A stretch of 20,811 nucleotides of DNA, from positions 1 through 20,811 of the forward strand of contig JAHQXB010000020.1 in assembly GCA_029856435.1 (NCBI GenBank). The letters are read 5' to 3'. Source of the DNA: Candidatus Jordarchaeia archaeon (GTDB taxonomy: Archaea > Asgardarchaeota > Jordiarchaeia > Jordiarchaeales > Jordiarchaeaceae). The translations under genes and the position numbers were made by a program. The notes below the pieces were generated by a model that searched no databases, was not told the origin of the DNA, and was given only the letters and a program-made list of their open reading frames with translations. This document shows positions 15,156 to 20,811 of the stretch, in pieces (within the stretch, counting starts at the first letter, position 1; every line of letters starts with the position of its first letter).

Positions 15156-16301
15156 ATGAAAAGGAAGATAATAGTGGCAGCAGCCATAACAACACTTGCA
15201 CTATTTGTCCTAGCCATGTCTCTACCCGCACTCACAACACCAGCCACAGCAGCAGCAAGCCTTCCAACAGCGGAATATAACACACAAGAAAAATCGGTAG
15301 AATCACTCGACTGGGGGAATTCCTGGTTTGACAACAACACCAAAGCCTTCTTCACAAACATGTTTATGTTCAACTTATCTCAAAATTTCGTTTCTGGTAA
15401 TTTCACCCACAGAGCCCTAGCAAACAGTAGATTCGGCTTAAACTTTGCAAAACTAGTAGAATTCAACGACACCAACAATAACCAACGCTACGACAATGGA
15501 ACAGACAACATTCTAAAAGAATACAGCTTGGTCACCGATGTTAGTTGGAATAAATTAACAATAGAGACGGGTCCGCTGATACAGCAAATACCTCCACTTT
15601 TTGAATACATCAAAGTTTCCATAGAGGGAACAGAAAAGACAGGAGCCTTTAACATTGCTTTTGGAATTCTATTGTACTTTGAATCACAAAACGTTTCTTT
15701 TGGCAACTCCAGTGTCACAGTTCCAAAGCTTTCATCCCTAAAATTCGAATTAAACATCACAAACTATAATTGGCAAGTAGAAAACCCGGAGAATCCTTAC
15801 AACTTTAGATTTCTAGCCTTGGTGATAACCCTGCACTCCTGTCTAGGTGACTCTCTTCAGTACCGTTACCGGTGGGCTGAGGGAGCAGTTGTAGCAAATG
15901 GTGAAAGCGGACTTGTACCCACACTGAAAAACGACGAAGGTGTCTCCGAAGTTGAATTCATAGACTCTTGGGGAATTCCAGTTGCTGAGTTCAACTGGTT
16001 CAACGGTGCCTATAACAGCACCCAAAACCCACGCCCGGCCTGTTCAACATTCTGCCTAAATAATGAAACACTAACCATCAATATTGCCTTCTCCCACGAA
16101 GACTTTAGCGACGGTAATATATACATTGATCCCTACTTCGCTCTACTTGAGCCAAACTATTTACCCCTAATACTCACATTTGCTGCCATATACCTAGCCT
16201 TCGCGAATCAAGCATTTTCAACACTAATTATTTACAGTGGAGCAGCTGTCGCGACACTAGTACTGTTAGGCGTCGCAGTGGTTTTAGCTAGGAGAAGGTA
16301 A
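15156..16301 (+). CDS. Secreted, C-terminally membrane-anchored hypothetical (glyco)protein
   Basis: Basic-plus-hydrophobic signal peptide, beta-rich body, 10 N-x-S/T sequons, Ca-binding-like DTNNNQRYD, a long hydrophobic C-terminus (about aa 336-378) and an RRR tail. Confidence 0.8.
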   Translation: MKRKIIVAAAITTLALFVLAMSLPALTTPATAAASLPTAEYNTQEKSVESLDWGNSWFDNNTKAFFTNMFMFNLSQNFVSGNFTHRALANSRFGLNFAKLVEFNDTNNNQRYDNGTDNILKEYSLVTDVSWNKLTIETGPLIQQIPPLFEYIKVSIEGTEKTGAFNIAFGILLYFESQNVSFGNSSVTVPKLSSLKFELNITNYNWQVENPENPYNFRFLALVITLHSCLGDSLQYRYRWAEGAVVANGESGLVPTLKNDEGVSEVEFIDSWGIPVAEFNWFNGAYNSTQNPRPACSTFCLNNETLTINIAFSHEDFSDGNIYIDPYFALLEPNYLPLILTFAAIYLAFANQAFSTLIIYSGAAVATLVLLGVAVVLARRR

Positions 16302-16336
16302 CAGCCAAACTTAAAGAGCAAAAATCTCTAACCCCC

Positions 16337-16362
16337 TTTTTCTTTTTTGTTTTATTTCTTTT
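16337..16362 (+). terminator. Oligo-T terminator
   Basis: TTTTTCTTTTTTGTTTATTTCTTTTT starting 36 nt after the stop at 16301. Confidence 0.5.
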
Positions 16363-16428
16363 TCTAGGTTTGGGGGTGGAATTTATTAAAGGGAGTTTCT
16401 TCAATTTTTATGTTAGGGTGGTGTTTTA

Positions 16429-17895
16429 TTGGAGAATTTTGTTGCGGTTGATATGGGTGCTAGTTCTGGGAGGCTGGTTTTGGGCAAGTTAGATTGGTCG
16501 GATAATCGGCTGGATTTGGAGGAGGTTTACAGGTTTAAAACGGAGGGAAACTGTTTGCTTGGAGGTCTTTATTGGGATGTTTTAAGGTTCTACGATGAGG
16601 TTAGGGAAGGTTTATGCCGCTGTGCTCAACGTTGTGGGGGAGAAACAGTTAGTGTGGGTGTTGACAGCTGGGGTGTTGACTATGCTCCCCTAGATGCGAG
16701 GGGTGAACTTGTGAGTAACCCGAGACACTATAGGGACCCCAGAACAGAGGGAATTATGGATGAAGTTTTCAAGTTGGTTTCAAGAGAGGAGATTTTCTCT
16801 TATACGGGGACTCAGTTTATGCGTATAAACACTATTTTCCAACTCTACGCAATGAGTAAAACTCCTATGGCATACATCACTGATAAAATTCTCATGATGG
16901 CAGACTTCTTCAACTACCTACTTTCCGGAAGGGCGGTTTCAGAGATGACTTTGGCGAGCACCACTCAGATTTACGATGTTTTTAAACACGATTGGTGTTG
17001 GCCCCTTATAGAGAAACTGGGATTCAACCCGCGCTGGTTCCAAAAGATAGTTCCACCAGGAACGATTCTCGGGGAATTAGATGACCGGCTGAAAAGTGAG
17101 TTAGGACTGAGGGAAACACTTGTTACTGCGCCTCCTTGCCATGACACAGCCGCTGCTGTGGCAGCCGCACCCGCAGGGGATAAAAAGTTTCTCTTCATAA
17201 GTTCGGGCACTTGGTGCCTTATGGGAACTGAGCTGCCTAGGCCCCTTGTTAACGAGAATGTTTTAAGGGTAGGATTTGCCAACGAGGTGGGTGTGGAAAA
17301 AACTATTAGGTTTTTGAAAAACATTACCGGATTCTGGCTTCTTCAAGAATGTGTAAGACAATGGAAACTGGGGGGAATTGAATTACAATATGGAGAGCTG
17401 ATTCGGGAGTCGCAGGATTGCCCAGAATTTAGATATTTTGTTAATCCTGATGATCCCATTTTCCTTAATCCTCAGAATATGCCTGAAGCCATACAAAACT
17501 TTTGTAGGCGAACGGGGCAGGAGCCTCCTAGGAAACGTGGGGAAGTGGTGCGTTGCATTCTTGAAAGCTTAGCTTTGAGGCACAGAGAGGTCTATGAGGC
17601 ACTAAAAAGTCTTCTGGGGCATTCCTTAGAGGAAGTTTATATTGTTGGAGGCGGCTCTCAGAACGAGTTGTTCTGCCAATTTATTGCTGATGCCTTGAAT
17701 CTCCCAGTTTACGCTGGTCCAACTGAAGCCACGGCGATTGGAAACATTCTAACCCAAGCCTGCGCTTTGCACGGTAGGATTTCCCTATCTGCTATTAGAA
17801 AAATTGTGCGAAACTCGTTTAAACCAAGATTGTATAGGCCTGAGGATGTGTCACAATGGGACGAAGCCTTCAAGAGGTACAGGGAAGTAATTTAA
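16429..17895 (+). CDS. rhaB: Rhamnulokinase / L-fuculokinase (FGGY family)
   Basis: AVDMGASSGR, SVGVDSWGVDY, YRDPRT, HDTAAAV, ISSGTWCLMG, FANEVG, FLKNITGFWLLQE and VGGGSQN, which is the RhaB signature set. Confidence 0.88.
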   Translation: MENFVAVDMGASSGRLVLGKLDWSDNRLDLEEVYRFKTEGNCLLGGLYWDVLRFYDEVREGLCRCAQRCGGETVSVGVDSWGVDYAPLDARGELVSNPRHYRDPRTEGIMDEVFKLVSREEIFSYTGTQFMRINTIFQLYAMSKTPMAYITDKILMMADFFNYLLSGRAVSEMTLASTTQIYDVFKHDWCWPLIEKLGFNPRWFQKIVPPGTILGELDDRLKSELGLRETLVTAPPCHDTAAAVAAAPAGDKKFLFISSGTWCLMGTELPRPLVNENVLRVGFANEVGVEKTIRFLKNITGFWLLQECVRQWKLGGIELQYGELIRESQDCPEFRYFVNPDDPIFLNPQNMPEAIQNFCRRTGQEPPRKRGEVVRCILESLALRHREVYEALKSLLGHSLEEVYIVGGGSQNELFCQFIADALNLPVYAGPTEATAIGNILTQACALHGRISLSAIRKIVRNSFKPRLYRPEDVSQWDEAFKRYREVI

Positions 17896-17928
17896 ATCTT
17901 TAAATACCCTTTTTTACGTTTTTAAATA

Positions 17929-17942
17929 GTAATACGTATTAC
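17929..17942. promoter_or_regulatory. Perfect 14-bp palindrome GTAATACGTATTAC directly downstream of a TATA-like box; candidate operator
   Basis: Self-complementary over all 14 nt. TTTTAAAT lies immediately upstream (about 17920-17927) and the isomerase start is about 50 nt downstream. Confidence 0.5.
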
Positions 17943-17990
17943 CCAGCTATGCGAATTAACAATAAAAATTTAGTTTTGGATGGTGGTTTC

Positions 17991-18956
17991 GTGAAAAAGT
18001 TTTCGCTTGGTGTCTGGGCCTTTAGCCCATGTGGAGACCGGTTTCTCATAGAAGGTTACAGGCCCAGTATGCCCCTTGAGGAAATAATTAGAAAAGTTGC
18101 CACAATAAAGGACCTGAGCGGAGTTGAGTTAGGGTATCCGGGCAACGTGAATGAAAAAAATCTCGAAGAGTTAAAGTCGATACTCAAAGAGACTGGTCTA
18201 AAGGTGTCAATGGTGGGCGTTGACCTAACCGGGGATAGGAAGTGGCAGAAAGGCAGCCTCTCCTCCACCAATCCAGAAATCCGCAGAGAAGCAATACAAC
18301 TATGCAAAAGTGGAATCGCCCTCGCAAAAAAATTGGGGTGCAACTCCTTCAATATCTGGCTGGGACAGGACGGCTACGATTACCCCTTCCAGTCCAATTA
18401 TCCAAAGGCCTGGGACCTGCTGGTTGACTCCATCACAGAAATTGCAAAGACAGGGGTTAAGGTATGCTTGGAGTATAAGCCAAAGGAGCCCCGAACACAC
18501 TCCTACATAGCAACAGTTGACAAAGCCCTGCTCATCGCACATGAAACGGGAATGAAGAATGTGGGCGTCACCATAGATGTGGGACATGCACTCGCAGCCT
18601 ATGAAAGTATGGCTGAATCCGCGGTTCTCTGCATGAAGGCCGGAAGACTATTCCACCTCCACTTAAACGATAACTACCGACTTTGGGACGACGATATGAT
18701 TGTGGGCTCGGTGCACACAATAGAATACCTGGAACTAATTTATTGGCTGGATAAGATGGGCTATGACGACTGGTACTCACTCGACATCTACCCCTACAGG
18801 GAAGACCCGCTGGAAGCCTCAAGGGAGAGTATAGAAATGCTTAAAGCCCTATCCAACCTTCTGAACAAAATTGGCAGAGAAGAGTTGGAAAAAGCCATAG
18901 AGGAAGGAGACCCCGTAAAAACACAGAAACTAATCCGAGAAAAAATATTCAAGTAG
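17991..18956 (+). CDS. Xylose-isomerase-like TIM-barrel sugar isomerase (candidate L-rhamnose isomerase)
   Basis: KFSLGVWAF, W.GQDG, EYKPKEPR, DVGH and HLNDN...DDD metal ligands, intermediate between class I XylA and RhaI-type isomerases. GTG 17991 follows GGTGG; the ORF track starts at 17949. Confidence 0.8.
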   Translation: MKKFSLGVWAFSPCGDRFLIEGYRPSMPLEEIIRKVATIKDLSGVELGYPGNVNEKNLEELKSILKETGLKVSMVGVDLTGDRKWQKGSLSSTNPEIRREAIQLCKSGIALAKKLGCNSFNIWLGQDGYDYPFQSNYPKAWDLLVDSITEIAKTGVKVCLEYKPKEPRTHSYIATVDKALLIAHETGMKNVGVTIDVGHALAAYESMAESAVLCMKAGRLFHLHLNDNYRLWDDDMIVGSVHTIEYLELIYWLDKMGYDDWYSLDIYPYREDPLEASRESIEMLKALSNLLNKIGREELEKAIEEGDPVKTQKLIREKIFK

Positions 18957-19006
18957 CTGGAAAAATCCCAAACCAAAAGGCAAAATAAGATAAAGCGATG
19001 AGGGAT

Positions 19007-20809
19007 TTAGAGTTTCAAGTGGTACTTGAGAAACAGGTATGAGCAGAGGGCGTTGACTCTTCCGTAGCCGTATTGGGCATCCCATCCTGGAGAGCCCAAA
19101 TCATACTGTTGCGCTCCTTCAATGAGAGCCCAGCGAATAATAGCGGATCTGAGGACTGGTGGAAGCTCTTCTTCGTTGTACTGTTGGGCGAGGAGCAGTG
19201 TGACTCCTGCAACCACTGAGGTGGCTGTGCTTGTTACTTCGTATCCCGCAGTTATTTCGGGTTTTGGAAGATACCTGTGGGGTGAGGGACCCAAGGGGCT
19301 TATGGGTGACCAGCAGTCTCCAGTGTATCCATTGAGTGCTGCCACAGTTATGGCCCAGTCGGCTATGCCGGGAGTCATAAGCCCTCCTATTATTTTACCC
19401 TTTGTCATGTCTATTGCGCCTCCACCAGTTACTACGACTATGCCGTTTAGGAAGGCCCAGTCTACTGCTTCTGTTAGTGTCCCATAGATTTGGTCTCTGC
19501 AGCCTATGGCGAGGACAATTACTGAGATGTTGAATCGGTCCTTGTTTCTTATGCACCACTTTACTGCTTCTGCAGCATAGGTATAGGTCATGTAGTATAA
19601 TTCTCCGTTGTCATTTTTGACTTTAAGGTCTATTATGTTTGCTTCGGGTGCTATGCCTTTTGTTCCTGCGACCATATTTGCAGTGTAGGTTCCATGCATT
19701 ATGAAGTAGTCAGGGGTTATGTCTCCAACTATTTGGGGGTCTCCCTCCTGACCCGTGAGGAAGTTGACTTGGTATACTATTCTGCCTTGTTTCTTGCCAA
19801 CTATTTCTATGTTGTTGTCGTTTATTCCTGAGTCAATCACTGCCACTGTTGTTCCCCGCCCTGTTATGTTCCAGTTCCGGAGCACATCCGAACCTACATA
19901 GTAATAGTCCCTGTAATGTTTATCGATGTCCGGAAGATTTGAAGGATCACCATCATCATATACTATGGCGCTTAAGGGAAAGTCTTTAGCCAAATTTTTC
20001 AGTGTCTGCACAAAGTCTATACCTGTAGTGTTTATAATTCCGTAGATGGCAAAATAGGACATCCACCCCTCCCCATAGATGCGAGTGGCGGTGAAGAAGT
20101 CATAGTTGCTGAGGGCGGTCTTGTTCTCCTCCGATATCGAGTTATCAAATCTCATTATGACTGAAACATTTTCAGGCACGGGATTGAGACTCAATAGTCT
20201 TGGGTCAATTTTGTCATCAGGACTCAACCCCTTCTTACTAAAGTGGGGAGTCGCAGCAACAAATCCATTCATAAATATTAAAGAAACTAAAAAGGAACAT
20301 AAAACAATAATTAGTAGAGTGGTCTTCACCAAGATTTTGAACTTTTTGCGTATGTAGTTGAGGATGTCCCACTGGGAAACTACAGGTCTCACCGTTACTG
20401 CTAGAACAACAATCAGTCCAGCGTAAATTTGGAAGGGTATTGTTGGAGTAAATGCTGGAATGTTGAGGTTTTCAAAAAGCGTGAATCTTAAACTGGGGTA
20501 TAAGTATAGGTATGCTAAGAATCCGATTATGGCTACTGTTTTTATTTTTGAAACTCGGATGAAGATTAGTATACTCACCATGAAAACTATGAGTGAAACA
20601 TAAGTGAATAGGTTAAAGTTCAGGGAAAAAATTCCATGAATCCTTCTCAAATCTAGGGGGGCTAGAATTGGCGAATAGAATATGTACCGGTCTATCCAAA
20701 TCTGAACAGGGATGAAAGTTAATGGAGCAGCCATCACCACAAGAATAGAGCCCACTATGATTTGTCCTTTGCCGATTTGTGGAGGATTCTTCTTAAAGGC
20801 GATGATTAC
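19007..20809 (-). CDS. Membrane-anchored subtilase (S8)-like protein with a degenerate active site; 5'-partial
   Basis: VAVIDSG (Asp), HGTYTANMVAG (His), TSTATSVVAG (Ser), KPEITA and DLGSPGWDAQYGYG. Several N-terminal TM segments. The frame stays open from 20755 to the window edge (VIIAFKKNPPQIGKGQIIV), so the true start lies outside the window. Confidence 0.8.
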   Translation of the reverse strand, partial: VIIAFKKNPPQIGKGQIIVGSILVVMAAPLTFIPVQIWIDRYIFYSPILAPLDLRRIHGIFSLNFNLFTYVSLIVFMVSILIFIRVSKIKTVAIIGFLAYLYLYPSLRFTLFENLNIPAFTPTIPFQIYAGLIVVLAVTVRPVVSQWDILNYIRKKFKILVKTTLLIIVLCSFLVSLIFMNGFVAATPHFSKKGLSPDDKIDPRLLSLNPVPENVSVIMRFDNSISEENKTALSNYDFFTATRIYGEGWMSYFAIYGIINTTGIDFVQTLKNLAKDFPLSAIVYDDGDPSNLPDIDKHYRDYYYVGSDVLRNWNITGRGTTVAVIDSGINDNNIEIVGKKQGRIVYQVNFLTGQEGDPQIVGDITPDYFIMHGTYTANMVAGTKGIAPEANIIDLKVKNDNGELYYMTYTYAAEAVKWCIRNKDRFNISVIVLAIGCRDQIYGTLTEAVDWAFLNGIVVVTGGGAIDMTKGKIIGGLMTPGIADWAITVAALNGYTGDCWSPISPLGPSPHRYLPKPEITAGYEVTSTATSVVAGVTLLLAQQYNEEELPPVLRSAIIRWALIEGAQQYDLGSPGWDAQYGYGRVNALCSYLFLKYHLKL

Positions 20810-20811
20810 AC

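Noticed and set aside
1-20811. tRNA, rRNA, CRISPR arrays, transposases, integrases and defence genes
   Set aside because: None recognised on either strand; the remaining short ORFs in the track overlap supported genes and were treated as spurious.

Overview
This is a gene-dense archaeal window, judged from GGTGA/GGAGG ribosome-binding sites, TATA/BRE-like promoters, oligo-T terminators and frequent TTG/GTG starts. An Asgard (Jordarchaeia/Freyarchaeia-like) origin is only my impression; there is no marker gene here. It is an accessory metabolic region with about 15 intact CDS: a phytoene-desaturase-like FAD oxidoreductase, HtpX with an EF-hand loop, a LarA-family nickel-pincer racemase, UspA, L-fucose isomerase, GH29 alpha-L-fucosidase, an Rv2951c-like LLM reductase, a GSAM-like class III aminotransferase, two tandem alpha/beta hydrolases, a flavodoxin, a secreted membrane-anchored glycoprotein, a rhamnulokinase/fuculokinase, a xylose-isomerase-like enzyme and a degenerate multi-TM subtilase that runs off the window end. 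Several elements are not in the ORF track: a frameshifted P-type ATPase 3' remnant (6093-6429), a 107-bp highly structured element flanked by exact 10-bp direct repeats (2911-3037), a second structured region upstream of larA, a perfect 14-bp palindrome beside a TATA box, and a G+T to A+C gradient along genes. The strongest biological hypothesis is a bacterial-type phosphorylative L-fucose/L-rhamnose pathway in an archaeon, possibly linked to LarA. I saw no CRISPR array, tRNA, rRNA or transposase. All family calls come from motif recognition; no database searches were run.
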